NCBI GenBank assembly: GCA_963676835.2
Contig: CAXXFF010000002.1
Span: 1,152,001 to 1,216,000, forward strand
From: Marispirochaeta sp.
Lineage (GTDB): Bacteria; Spirochaetota; Spirochaetia; JC444; Marispirochaetaceae
Length of the DNA stretch: 64,000 bases
Reading direction: 5' to 3'
In this document: piece after piece, positions 38,005 to 47,715 of the stretch
Numbering within the stretch: position 1 is the first letter of the stretch
Layout: each line of letters starts with the position of its first letter
The notes under the pieces: generated by a model
Database searches by the model: none
Told to the model about the DNA's origin: nothing
The model's input: the letters and a program-made list of their open reading frames with translations, nothing else
Position numbers and translations under genes: made by a program

Positions 38005-40137
38005 CTATTTTTCCGGGAAACTGCGGGAAAGTTTCATCACCAGTCCGGGGTTATTTTTCAGGAAAAACCGAATATTCTCCTGCTTTATTCCGTAGAGTGA
38101 AACTTTCGCTCTGTTTACATAGCTGCATGCTTCCGGCTCCTCCCGATGGATAGCAGCCATATCGCCGATAAAGTCACCTTTTGTTAAGGTTCCCAGAACA
38201 GCTCCATCTTTCGTAACCTCAACTTCACCTTCGCGGATAATATAGTTGAAGGTTGCCTGTTCACCTTCCTTCAGAATAGTTCCTGGTTTATTGATCTCCC
38301 TTGGGATAAGAAATGATTCCAGCAGCGTCTTCTGACTGCTGGTGAGGACTCTGAAAAAAGCTGAACTTGAGAGGATATTCCAGGTTTCAGCATCCCTCAC
38401 CTTTGCCAGACGCTTCAGGGTTTTTTCCAGCTCCGTACCCTGAATAAAACTGAGAAAACGTTCGCCCTCTATGGTGTAGAGTTCCACATCGGTTTCAGCA
38501 AAGACATCTGCCGACCGGGGCTGCTTGTTCAGCAGGGCTACTTCGCCGAAATAATCGAAAGCACCGTATATCTTCCGCTGTTCAAGATTCTTGCCGGGGA
38601 CAGAAATGTTTCCTGACTTTATTATGTAGAAGGAGTCTCCCGGGGTTCCTTTCTCTATAATCCGGTCCCCTTTTGCATAGCTTGCTTCCTTGACCATGCT
38701 GATAAATTCCTGGGCTTTGCTTATAGGCATATTCTGGAAAAAATCGAGGTGATGAAGCAGTCCGAGAATGTGATAATACTTCTCCACCTCCGGAGCTTTT
38801 ACCTCCAGGGTCCGGGTATGCTCTATCCCGAATTGACAGAGAGTCAGCGGGGTTTTTTCCGGAAAGTCTTTGCCTGCAATGTGGTAGACCATGGTCCTTT
38901 TTCGCACATCATCCGGAAGAGAATCCAGAAAGCTGATGGGGGTGTGCAGGGGTGCTATTCCCGATTCATGATAAATTAAATCAGCCTCCCAGGGAAAGCT
39001 GGAGAACTCCTGAAACCTCTTTTTGCTTATTCTCTTTTCTGCGTACAGCTGTTTATGTATTTCCGGGTCGGCATTGTGATCGGAAGAGTAGACCAGGGAT
39101 TTTCCCATAAAATCAACTTTGAATCCAACTGTGGGGATGGAGTGCAGGGAGTAACGAAAGGTAAACCGTCCGCTGTGAATATATTCAGGCTCGTCGATAC
39201 GTATAGGCTGGAAATCAAAGAGCTGCCTCAGGAAATCGCCGGTAACCCCCGTAAGAGCGGAATACTTGCGCAGGAAACTCTGGATAATGGTTTCTGTTGT
39301 ATAGACAGTTATTTTTCCCTCTTCAAGAATTTTCTGCAGGGTCCCCGCATCGTGATCCGCATGACAGTGGGTAAGAATTATGCTGTCGATAAGTTTGGGG
39401 TGAACATTGGAATCGATAAGCCATTCGGTGGTGTTTACCGGCGGGTCTATCATAATTCCTTTTCGGTTGAGCCAGAGGATAAAACCGGAGGTGTTTTCCT
39501 TCGGATCAAATCCGTGGCTTGGTCCCAGGCAGGTCATGCCGAAAAGAGGCGGTTTATAGGGTTCCGGCAGTCTCGAGCCGATGTCGTAGGTTGGGTTGTA
39601 ATCTATACAGCAGGGAATTTCGCCGTATTCTGCAGTGCTATCATAAACCCGGAAGGTACTGTGGTCTGTTATCTCTATTTCAATTTCCCGCAGTTTCAGT
39701 CTTCCCTTTTCAAAGAAAATAAAACCCACCAGCTGTCCCAGCTGCATTTTCCCCCTGAAGAAATCCATCTCTTTTTTCAGTTGAAAGATCTCTTCTTCCG
39801 GAACCCAGGGGGCGAAGTCTGCGGAGATGTCCAGATTTTCCGGGCCGAATATTGCTTCTTTAAGGATTGTTGCGAAAGAACTCAGCTGTTCTCTCTGGCA
39901 GAGAATATATGTTTTACGTTTTTTAAGAAAAAAGTTGTAATAAATGGGAAACTCTACTTCAGCAACGCTGATTCCTTTTACCCAGTTGAAGAATTTATCG
40001 GGAAGGACAAAATACTGGGGAACTCCTTCCGGCAGGGACATGGTATCCTTGATGGTTTCCGGAGGAGATCCAAACTGGATATACCCGGCAGGAGTCTCAA
40101 CAACATACCCTCCTCTGGGTAATTCCAAAACACTCAT
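38005..40137 (-). CDS. Metallo-beta-lactamase-fold hydrolase with two cyclic-nucleotide-binding domains (putative cNMP phosphodiesterase)
   Basis: THCHADHDAG, HSIP, YSSDH; FGEVALL..PRSADV; second FIGD domain. Confidence 0.8.
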   Translation of the reverse strand: MSVLELPRGGYVVETPAGYIQFGSPPETIKDTMSLPEGVPQYFVLPDKFFNWVKGISVAEVEFPIYYNFFLKKRKTYILCQREQLSSFATILKEAIFGPENLDISADFAPWVPEEEIFQLKKEMDFFRGKMQLGQLVGFIFFEKGRLKLREIEIEITDHSTFRVYDSTAEYGEIPCCIDYNPTYDIGSRLPEPYKPPLFGMTCLGPSHGFDPKENTSGFILWLNRKGIMIDPPVNTTEWLIDSNVHPKLIDSIILTHCHADHDAGTLQKILEEGKITVYTTETIIQSFLRKYSALTGVTGDFLRQLFDFQPIRIDEPEYIHSGRFTFRYSLHSIPTVGFKVDFMGKSLVYSSDHNADPEIHKQLYAEKRISKKRFQEFSSFPWEADLIYHESGIAPLHTPISFLDSLPDDVRKRTMVYHIAGKDFPEKTPLTLCQFGIEHTRTLEVKAPEVEKYYHILGLLHHLDFFQNMPISKAQEFISMVKEASYAKGDRIIEKGTPGDSFYIIKSGNISVPGKNLEQRKIYGAFDYFGEVALLNKQPRSADVFAETDVELYTIEGERFLSFIQGTELEKTLKRLAKVRDAETWNILSSSAFFRVLTSSQKTLLESFLIPREINKPGTILKEGEQATFNYIIREGEVEVTKDGAVLGTLTKGDFIGDMAAIHREEPEACSYVNRAKVSLYGIKQENIRFFLKNNPGLVMKLSRSFPEK

Positions 40138-40237
40138 GGCATCTCCTTTTCTCTTACAGGCAGTTCTAAAAACTTCTTTTTTCCCATATTTTCCCGGACT
40201 ATTGGAAAAATACCATGTTTTTAGAGGTGCTTTTATA

Positions 40238-41140
40238 CTATCGGCTATGCGGGCCGTTCAGATAAGCCGCCAGCAGTTCTGTTTCCGGGTCAAACAGATG
40301 CTGCAGGAAAAGCATCGCTGCACCTTCAGTCAGGTCAGGACTTCCTTCCTTAATTGATACAACTACTGTTTTCCCTTTTGTCCGGCGGCGTATTTCCTCC
40401 GCTGTGATTCTGGCGGTCTCTTCCGGCAGGCCGTAAAGCATAGCCTTATTAATGCTGCCTGCATCAAGTATAAACCCTGCGGCTGAATAAAACTCATTCA
40501 GGGAAACTTCAGGGAAGCTGCCTTCTTTTTCGCTGAGCTTCCAGGGACCATCGCCGTTTATGGAAAGGGATACCTCTATTCTGCCCGGGATGGGTTGTTT
40601 CAGATTAAAAAATGCCAGCCTTTCCTGTGGAGTTTCCTGTGGAGATAGTGCGAAAAGGCAGGCTTCTGGGCCTGCCTTTATGGTGGGAAATTTTTCAAGT
40701 TCTCCGGATTCATTGCTGCATATCCCGCAGCCCGCAAGCAGCTGCTCATTCTTCAGGGCCGAGAGCAGGAGTGCGCTGGTTTCCGGGGAACGGGAATCAG
40801 GGAAGGTTGAACCTTTGCCTTCAATGATGTTTCCTTTCAGACCGTAGAAGCGCAGGCAGGCTGTATTAGTTGTCAGGTCTATGCCTGCAACAGCTGTAAT
40901 CTCTCGATTCAAATAAAGAAAGATCTGTCTACGCCCGCCTCTACTGCTTATATCCCCTTCACCTTGTATTACTACGATCTCTTTTTCTATCAGGAGAGAG
41001 GTGATTTTAGATATAATGCTCTTGTCTAATCCGAGGGTGGTACATATTTGTGTCCGGCTGAGGGGGCCATGCCTGAGCAAAGCCTGCAATATGCGGGAGG
41101 TTGTATGCAGTGTGGCGCCGCTGAAGACATTATTATTCAT
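40238..41140 (-). CDS. ROK/NagC-like regulator with degenerate C-terminus
   Basis: wHTH GPLSRTQI..LGLDKS, RGGRR, AGIDL. Confidence 0.7.
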   Translation of the reverse strand: MNNNVFSGATLHTTSRILQALLRHGPLSRTQICTTLGLDKSIISKITSLLIEKEIVVIQGEGDISSRGGRRQIFLYLNREITAVAGIDLTTNTACLRFYGLKGNIIEGKGSTFPDSRSPETSALLLSALKNEQLLAGCGICSNESGELEKFPTIKAGPEACLFALSPQETPQERLAFFNLKQPIPGRIEVSLSINGDGPWKLSEKEGSFPEVSLNEFYSAAGFILDAGSINKAMLYGLPEETARITAEEIRRRTKGKTVVVSIKEGSPDLTEGAAMLFLQHLFDPETELLAAYLNGPHSR

Positions 41141-41248
41141 AGTCTGTTTATTTTATAACATATTTTTCTAATTATTAGCTTTTCACTTTCTTTTTGGTTT
41201 TCATCCTACTATCATAATGAAGGAACTGAAAGTTTCAGGAGTAAAAAT

Positions 41249-43198
41249 ATGAAATTGCGAACCAAGTTCCTTCTGCCTGTTGGAAGTGTTGTGCTTGTTG
41301 GAATTCTTCTTATTTCATTGATTACCGTTACCCTCTCCCGTAATGCCCTTCAGGAAATGGCTGATAATACCGTCAATCAGGTAGCTTCTACACTTGATCG
41401 GACCTTGACCACCTATGCGCAGAGGGTTCTGCATGAGATTGATCTCCTTTCCATGGAAGCGGGGCAGGTTGGCGCCGATGAAATGGAACTCTTTCTTTCC
41501 CGCAGTATAGATAAGCTCGGCTATGGTGAGACTCTATCTCTTGCCGGTATGGATGGGATTATCCGGGCCAGCTCGGATTCTGACGGACGGGGTATGTCAA
41601 TTGCGGATCGCGGTTATTTCCGTCAGTCGTCCAGGGGCGATACCCTTTTGTCAGAGGTTATCGTAAGCCGTTTTTCCGGGGTTCCCGTATTTGTTGCATC
41701 CGCACCGGTTCTAAATGGCGGAACTGTTTCCGGTGTTCTGCTTTTCACCCTGCCGGTAGCATCATTCAGTGATGAACATATTTCTCCTGTTGTTGTCGGT
41801 ACAGAGGGCTATGCCTACATGACCGATTCGAAAGGGCTGGCAATTGCACATCCAGGTAAAGAACAGTTAATGAAGCTCAATGTAGCTCAGTATGACTGGG
41901 GGCAGGAAATACTTGCCAGGAAGTCCGGCCAGATAGGGTATACCTTTCAGGGGATAAAAAAGCAGGTAGCCTTCAGGACCAACGGGGAAACCGGCTGGGT
42001 ACTGGCAGTTACTGCCAATGATGATGATATCTATGCTGCAGTTAAGCGTATTGAGGGGCTGAGTATTATTCTTACTGTTTCAGTTATTGCAGTGGTCCTG
42101 ATTATTCTGCTCCTTGTTGTCCGCTCGGTACTCAAGGGTGTGCAGGAAACAGTGGCTGTTTCTCTGGATGTTGTGGACGGACGACTTGATACAGCCATTT
42201 CCCACAGGCTGCTTCAGGAAGAAGACGAAATCGGTGAGATGAGCCGGGCCCTTCAGGGAATGCTTGATGCCTTCCGGGAAAAGGCCGGGGTAATCGCCGC
42301 CATAGCCGACGGTAATCTTGATCAGAATCCGGGTCTTCTCAGCGAGGATGATACCCTGGGTCATTCACTTATAACCATGGTGAATTCTCTTAATGAGCTG
42401 TTGGGGCAGGTGACTGCATCGGTTCATCAGGTAAAAGCCGGAGCTGCCCAGGTTTCCGCTGCCAGTGTCTCCCTTTCTCAGGGGGTTACGGAACAGGCGG
42501 GAACCATGGAGGAGGTCTCCTCCGCTCTGACAGAAATAAGCAGCCAATTTGAAATGAGTGCTTCGAATGTCGGCGAGGCGCGGAGGCTTGCCTCTGAAAG
42601 CGAAAGAATTGTCTCCGATGGTGCCAGCCTGATGAGTCAGCTGATGGAGAGCATGCAGGGCATAGAAGAGGCCAGTGAGAATACCAGAAAGATTGTAAAG
42701 GTTATTGATGATATGTCCTTTCAGATAAACCTGCTCAGCCTCAATGCAAATGTGGAGGCTGCCAGGGCCGGAAAGTACGGACGGGGATTCAGTGTGGTGG
42801 CAGACGAAGTCCGTAACCTCGCCCTGAAGAGTTCTGATGCGGTGAGCGAGATCACCGGTATGGTAGAGGATGTCCTAAGCAGGATAAAGCAGGGAGTCTC
42901 TCTGACAGAGCGGAGCAGCAGGGAGTTTGATGAAATCAACGCCGGTACAGGCAGGATCGCCTCAGTCCTGGAGGAGCTCAATTCAACCATACAGGAGCAG
43001 GTTGATGCCCTGAAACAGGTGGATGTCTCCATGGAACAGATAGAAGAGGTAACCCAGTCGTCATCTGCTACCGCCGAAGAGAGTGCCGCCGCTGCTGAAG
43101 AGCTGGAGGGCCAGGCAAACATGCTGAATGAGCAGGTCAGCCGCTTTCGATTGAGAAACGGACATGCCCGGCTTGCTCTTCCCTACAGTAGAAATTGA
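41249..43198 (+). CDS. Methyl-accepting chemotaxis protein (dCache + HAMP)
   Basis: IADRGYF, DEIG, QINLLSLNANVEAARAGKYGRGFSVVADEVRNLA. Confidence 0.95.
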   Translation: MKLRTKFLLPVGSVVLVGILLISLITVTLSRNALQEMADNTVNQVASTLDRTLTTYAQRVLHEIDLLSMEAGQVGADEMELFLSRSIDKLGYGETLSLAGMDGIIRASSDSDGRGMSIADRGYFRQSSRGDTLLSEVIVSRFSGVPVFVASAPVLNGGTVSGVLLFTLPVASFSDEHISPVVVGTEGYAYMTDSKGLAIAHPGKEQLMKLNVAQYDWGQEILARKSGQIGYTFQGIKKQVAFRTNGETGWVLAVTANDDDIYAAVKRIEGLSIILTVSVIAVVLIILLLVVRSVLKGVQETVAVSLDVVDGRLDTAISHRLLQEEDEIGEMSRALQGMLDAFREKAGVIAAIADGNLDQNPGLLSEDDTLGHSLITMVNSLNELLGQVTASVHQVKAGAAQVSAASVSLSQGVTEQAGTMEEVSSALTEISSQFEMSASNVGEARRLASESERIVSDGASLMSQLMESMQGIEEASENTRKIVKVIDDMSFQINLLSLNANVEAARAGKYGRGFSVVADEVRNLALKSSDAVSEITGMVEDVLSRIKQGVSLTERSSREFDEINAGTGRIASVLEELNSTIQEQVDALKQVDVSMEQIEEVTQSSSATAEESAAAAEELEGQANMLNEQVSRFRLRNGHARLALPYSRN

Positions 43199-43425
43199 TG
43201 GGAAAGTATCTCACCGTTCTGCTTATCGTTCTTGCCGGACTTGCAGTTATCGGACTCGGCGGGTGGTTTTATTATTATATTTTCAGCAGTGCCGGGTTCC
43301 CTGTAATCTTCAGGATACTGCTGGTTCTCGGGATTTCCGGTCTTATGGCAGCCCTTATTTATGCAGGGCTGGAACGGTTCAGAGAGATAGATGAGGAGGA
43401 CGATGATGATCTTGGTAAATACTGA
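43198..43425 (+). CDS. Small two-TM hypothetical protein
   Basis: Two hydrophobic segments, ER..EI..E.DDDL.KY tail; precedes ybjQ-like gene. Confidence 0.7.
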   Translation: MGKYLTVLLIVLAGLAVIGLGGWFYYYIFSSAGFPVIFRILLVLGISGLMAALIYAGLERFREIDEEDDDDLGKY

Positions 43426-43717
43426 TTATGTCAGCGGTAAGGAGCTCGAAACCCTGGGAATGGTGAAAGGATGCATTATTCAGTCCCGCCATGTGGGAAA
43501 GGATATTCTCAGCGGATTAAAAACCATCGTGGGCGGTGAACTTACGGCCTATACAGATATGATGAACGAGGCCCGGGCAAAGGCGACTAAACGAATGGCC
43601 GAAGAGGCCGAGAAGCTTGGTGCCGATGCCGTGGTGAATATACGCTACTCCTCGGCGGCTGTTATGCAGGGGGCGGCTGAAGTTTTTGCCTGGGGAACAG
43701 CGGTAAAATTCAAATAG
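43403..43717 (+). CDS. YbjQ/UPF0145-family protein
   Basis: LKTIVGGEL..YT, GADAVVNIRY, GTAVK; SD GAGGAGG. Confidence 0.9.
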   Translation: MMILVNTDYVSGKELETLGMVKGCIIQSRHVGKDILSGLKTIVGGELTAYTDMMNEARAKATKRMAEEAEKLGADAVVNIRYSSAAVMQGAAEVFAWGTAVKFK

Positions 43718-43737
43718 ATCTGGTATAATTTTATACC

Positions 43738-45435
43738 ATGGTAAGGATAAAACAGGTTCTGTTGTTCCTGGCGGGGGCTATGTTTTTTGCCGCCTGCGCA
43801 GGTATGCCGTCGGGGGGGGGCCGGGAAGATGTATCTCTGCTCGTGGTTCTGTCGGAGATCGGCAGCCCTACAGATGCTGTTACGTTAACCGTTCCCGGAG
43901 GAACGGTCAAAGTGAAACCGGGAGAAGATGGTGTCGGGTTTGTAAAACTTGATGCCGGACCTGTTTCATCTGAACATGGCGTGCCCTTTATCATCTCCGG
44001 TAGATCTGTAATCCTCTATCCTGAAGTCTTTGATAAAAATGGTAATACCCGGCCTGTCCAGCCCTCGGATCAGCAGCGGGCAATGAACTCACTTACAGAA
44101 TATGTCGGTTTTGAACGATGGTTCGGCGGGGAGTATGTCAACTTTGGTCCCTACAGGCCGAAGCAGTATTTATCGGGAGAGTATTTTCCCCTGAAGATTG
44201 AATCCTCACCTGCAGGAGCAGCAGTCTCTATCGATGATGTTGTCTGGGGAGAAACTCCCCTCGAACTGGAGCTTACAGCCGGACGGTATCTGATCGAAAT
44301 AAGCGCACAGGATTATCTTCCTTTCCGAAAGATCGTTGCCGTAAATAAGCCTGAGTCATTATCGCCTCAACTGGAGCTTCAGAAGAGTGCCGGGAGTCTA
44401 AAGAAAGACAGCTTTCGTATTATGGTAGCCCCTGTTCGCTTTTTGAGTGGAACCGAAGACCCATATGGAGATGTCATCCAATCTGCCATGGAGCAGAATT
44501 TCAGTGATGACTCCCGCCTGGAGATTCTACGCGATACATCCGGATTCAGCGGGGATGGGGCACGTGACTTTACCCCTGCAGAAGCTGTGGGTGCTGACCT
44601 GCTTGTGTTCAGCAGCTATGCCAGCGACGGAGAGACTTTATATCTTGAAGCGGTTCTCTATGAAACAGCTTCCCGCAGGGTTCATTATGCAGAAACCTAT
44701 ATTTCAGAAGCAGGTTTTGCTGTTTTCGATTCCATCGATGAAATATCCCGCCGTTTTTCAGATGCAGTGGGTAAAACTCTCCCGGAGGCAGGAGAGCCCA
44801 TTGTAAACAGGGAGGAAGAAGTCACTGCAGAGATGCTGGCATATGAACAAGGCCTTTATCAGCAACGAATGGTCGAAAGCAGGATGTCCCGCCGGAATCT
44901 TGTCAGTATAAAAGCAGGAATGGGCGGATTTACCGATGATCTTGATGACGGACTGGGTGGTTCAGTGGGCTACCGTTCAAACAGCCTTTTCAATAACTAC
45001 CGTCTGGACTATCAACGGATTCTTTCTCCCCACATTTCCCTGTCGGTAATGATGCAGTTGTATCTACAGACAATTGAAAGTGACGGGAACGGCGGAAATA
45101 TCAATCCCAATGTTTCCGTTATTGCGGGGCCGGAGTTTACCTTCCGCAGTGAAACTTCGGATGTTTACTTTACACCCGGCCTGCTCCTCGGTTTTGCCCC
45201 GGGATTTACAGCCTACACCACGGTAGATGTGGATTACGCTCCCCAGTTCTATACGGGCTTCGAACTTGATGTGGGGTACAGGCAGTATCTTTTCAATCGG
45301 CGCAGTGACAGGCCGCTCTTCTTCAATACGGGAATGATGTTTGATATTGTGGAATTTGCCTATGGTTCCGGACAGGATTTTCGGATTGTACCGATTCGGG
45401 GAAGTGTTTATCTGGGGGCGGGGGTCTCGTTATGA
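43738..45435 (+). CDS. PEGA-domain lipoprotein with putative C-terminal beta-barrel
   Basis: Lipobox FAAC, IESSPAGAAVSID..GETPL (PEGA), aromatic beta-rich C-terminus. Confidence 0.75.
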   Translation: MVRIKQVLLFLAGAMFFAACAGMPSGGGREDVSLLVVLSEIGSPTDAVTLTVPGGTVKVKPGEDGVGFVKLDAGPVSSEHGVPFIISGRSVILYPEVFDKNGNTRPVQPSDQQRAMNSLTEYVGFERWFGGEYVNFGPYRPKQYLSGEYFPLKIESSPAGAAVSIDDVVWGETPLELELTAGRYLIEISAQDYLPFRKIVAVNKPESLSPQLELQKSAGSLKKDSFRIMVAPVRFLSGTEDPYGDVIQSAMEQNFSDDSRLEILRDTSGFSGDGARDFTPAEAVGADLLVFSSYASDGETLYLEAVLYETASRRVHYAETYISEAGFAVFDSIDEISRRFSDAVGKTLPEAGEPIVNREEEVTAEMLAYEQGLYQQRMVESRMSRRNLVSIKAGMGGFTDDLDDGLGGSVGYRSNSLFNNYRLDYQRILSPHISLSVMMQLYLQTIESDGNGGNINPNVSVIAGPEFTFRSETSDVYFTPGLLLGFAPGFTAYTTVDVDYAPQFYTGFELDVGYRQYLFNRRSDRPLFFNTGMMFDIVEFAYGSGQDFRIVPIRGSVYLGAGVSL

Positions 45436-46517
45436 GAATCCGTACTGTGATAACGGCAATTTTTCTTGTCATCTTCTCTTCATTGCTCCATAGTCAGGAA
45501 AACCTCATTCTGCACAGGGTCTATATAGCTCCGGTGACAGTTTCGCCCGGGTTCTCTCCGGACGGGCTGTTTCTTAGCGCACCGGAAACACTATTTAATC
45601 TTATTAACACCCGGCAGCCGCTTATCCGGTCTTCCGAGGAAGAGGCCAATAGTATTATTCGCACGGAGATTCTGCCGGCAGAAAATGTGGAGTCGGCGGT
45701 TGAACTCCGGTTTACGCTGCTGCGTAATGATGAGGCCCTGCATGTTTCTGTCGGAGTATTTCAGGATGGTTTTAATTTTGAAGATTACCGGAACTTTCTT
45801 GAAGAGTGCGTAGGCGATTTTGCTCCTGAACTTGGACGGGTTGAACCGAGGATTGAGCTTATCCGTCTGGAGACTGATGCGGATACCCGCAGACTTCTTG
45901 ACCAGCTTATCTATGCAGATGCACTACAGACACCCTTTGAAGCAACGCTCTGGACAGGTATTTTGTCCAAGAACCCCGACGGGGAAGATGGGAAACCCCT
46001 CTATCTGCATTTTCCACTGCACTATTACGGTGAATTCACCTGGTTTCCAAATCAGGGCCATCATGGACTGACGGCGTCGCTGTTTTTCGAATACTCCGAT
46101 TATACCTACCATGCTGATTCTGTAATAAACACCGACGAACCCGGCCGTTCAGATAACCTCTATCTTCTCCCGGGTATAGGCTATACCTATCGGACCAGCG
46201 GGGAGTTTTCTGCCGGTTTTTACTCCGGCCTGAATGTCGGCGGGCTGCGGATACATGCCAGGGAAGACCTCACCTGGGATGGCGGGCTTTCTCTTCAGGA
46301 AAATGAGAGTGAGTGGGTTCTTATGCATTATCTTGTTATGCGACCCTATGTTGCCTGGGCTCTCAATGAATCCTGGACGCTGAAGACCAGTTTTGCCCTC
46401 TACATATCTTTATTGCAGCTTTTTCCCAACCCGCTGCAGACTGATTATTATCGTGCAGGGGATCCCGGGGCAGAGATTCAGTTTGTGAATCTCGGTGTAA
46501 GTTACCGTTGGAGATAG
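45432..46517 (+). CDS. Hypothetical exported/outer-membrane protein
   Basis: Signal peptide; C-terminal NLGVSYRW. Confidence 0.7.
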   Translation: MRIRTVITAIFLVIFSSLLHSQENLILHRVYIAPVTVSPGFSPDGLFLSAPETLFNLINTRQPLIRSSEEEANSIIRTEILPAENVESAVELRFTLLRNDEALHVSVGVFQDGFNFEDYRNFLEECVGDFAPELGRVEPRIELIRLETDADTRRLLDQLIYADALQTPFEATLWTGILSKNPDGEDGKPLYLHFPLHYYGEFTWFPNQGHHGLTASLFFEYSDYTYHADSVINTDEPGRSDNLYLLPGIGYTYRTSGEFSAGFYSGLNVGGLRIHAREDLTWDGGLSLQENESEWVLMHYLVMRPYVAWALNESWTLKTSFALYISLLQLFPNPLQTDYYRAGDPGAEIQFVNLGVSYRWR

Positions 46518-46530
46518 GCGAGCATCCGTT

Positions 46531-47715
46531 TCATTCGAAGGGGCTGTAGAAAACTGCGTACACCGGAATCCCGCCGTTGTTGAGCCGAAGTTTCAGTGTA
46601 TCTGCGGGGAGGGATAGCCCGGGATAGAGCTTTCCTGGAATAATAAATGTCCCCGATGTGCCTGTCTCTTTCATTTTACTGATGAGCTTTCTGTACAGAG
46701 AGTTTCCTCCCCTTAACCGTTCGCCGTAGGGCGGGTTGGTCACTATGAGAACTTCTTTCCCGGATTCTGGAAAGCCATGAGGAGAGAAAGCATCTTCGCA
46801 GGTAATTTCAGGGTTTGTATTTGCCCTGCGGCAGTTTTTAACGGAAATTTCCACGGCATCACGGTTTATATCCGAGCCGGAAACGGTAAATAACGGGGCC
46901 GTTTCCTTAAGTTCAACCTGTCGGAGGAGGTACTGAAAAGAGGCTTCCCGGTAGTGCGGCTGGTGCATAAACTGAAACTCACGCCTGCCTCCCGGGGCCC
47001 TTCCCGTGCTGATAAGCCCGGCTTCTGCCGGAATTGTTCCCGATCCGCAGAAAGGATCGTGGATTCTCTGCGGATAATCATCATTTGCTGATCTCTTTTG
47101 CCACTGTTCAATGCTCCAGAGGATAATACCGGCGGCAAGGTTTTCCCGGATGGGGGCTTCTCCTGTCAGAATCCGGTACCCTCTGCGGTGAAGATGCTCT
47201 CCGCTGAGATCAATCTGTATCTCAACCCGGTTATTGCAAATCTCAAGCTTAATGCGCTGTACGAAATCCGTCTCTGCCGGGCTTGCCTCCGGTGCTTCCA
47301 TACTCAAGTCTGTAAACCTCCGGGCTATAGCTTCTGTCAGGGTTTCCACGGCGTTGCCTTCGTGCTGAATCCTGCTTTTTCTAACCGTAGGCTGTACCCG
47401 TAGTGGTGCACCTGGAGACAGGTAGAGCTCCCAGGGCAGGGTGGAAGCTTTGCGGAAAAGTTCTTCCCTGGCTCCGGCGGAAAACTCCGGCAGTGTCAGC
47501 CAGATTCTTGCTACTGTGCGGAGATAGAGATGGGCAGAATAGGCTTCCTCAAGTTTCCCCAAGAATCTTATGCTGCCGGATGAATCGATGACCGATTCTA
47601 TGTTCAAATCAGAAAGTTCCCCTCTGCAGACAGGAACCAGATCTTTCGGTACATCGATGCTGTAGCTATGTTTCTGAGACCAGATATGCCGTTTTATGCG
47701 CTTTTCCAGATTCAC
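46531..47715 (-). CDS. THUMP-domain class I SAM RNA methyltransferase (RlmL-like)
   Basis: LHRRGYR, APIRENLAAG, DPFCGSGTI, NPPYGER; GTG start 47715 overlaps upstream stop. Confidence 0.88.
   Translation of the reverse strand: MNLEKRIKRHIWSQKHSYSIDVPKDLVPVCRGELSDLNIESVIDSSGSIRFLGKLEEAYSAHLYLRTVARIWLTLPEFSAGAREELFRKASTLPWELYLSPGAPLRVQPTVRKSRIQHEGNAVETLTEAIARRFTDLSMEAPEASPAETDFVQRIKLEICNNRVEIQIDLSGEHLHRRGYRILTGEAPIRENLAAGIILWSIEQWQKRSANDDYPQRIHDPFCGSGTIPAEAGLISTGRAPGGRREFQFMHQPHYREASFQYLLRQVELKETAPLFTVSGSDINRDAVEISVKNCRRANTNPEITCEDAFSPHGFPESGKEVLIVTNPPYGERLRGGNSLYRKLISKMKETGTSGTFIIPGKLYPGLSLPADTLKLRLNNGGIPVYAVFYSPFE

Noticed and set aside
39055..40122. 355-aa plus-strand ORF
   Set aside because: Antisense shadow of the MBL-cNMP gene
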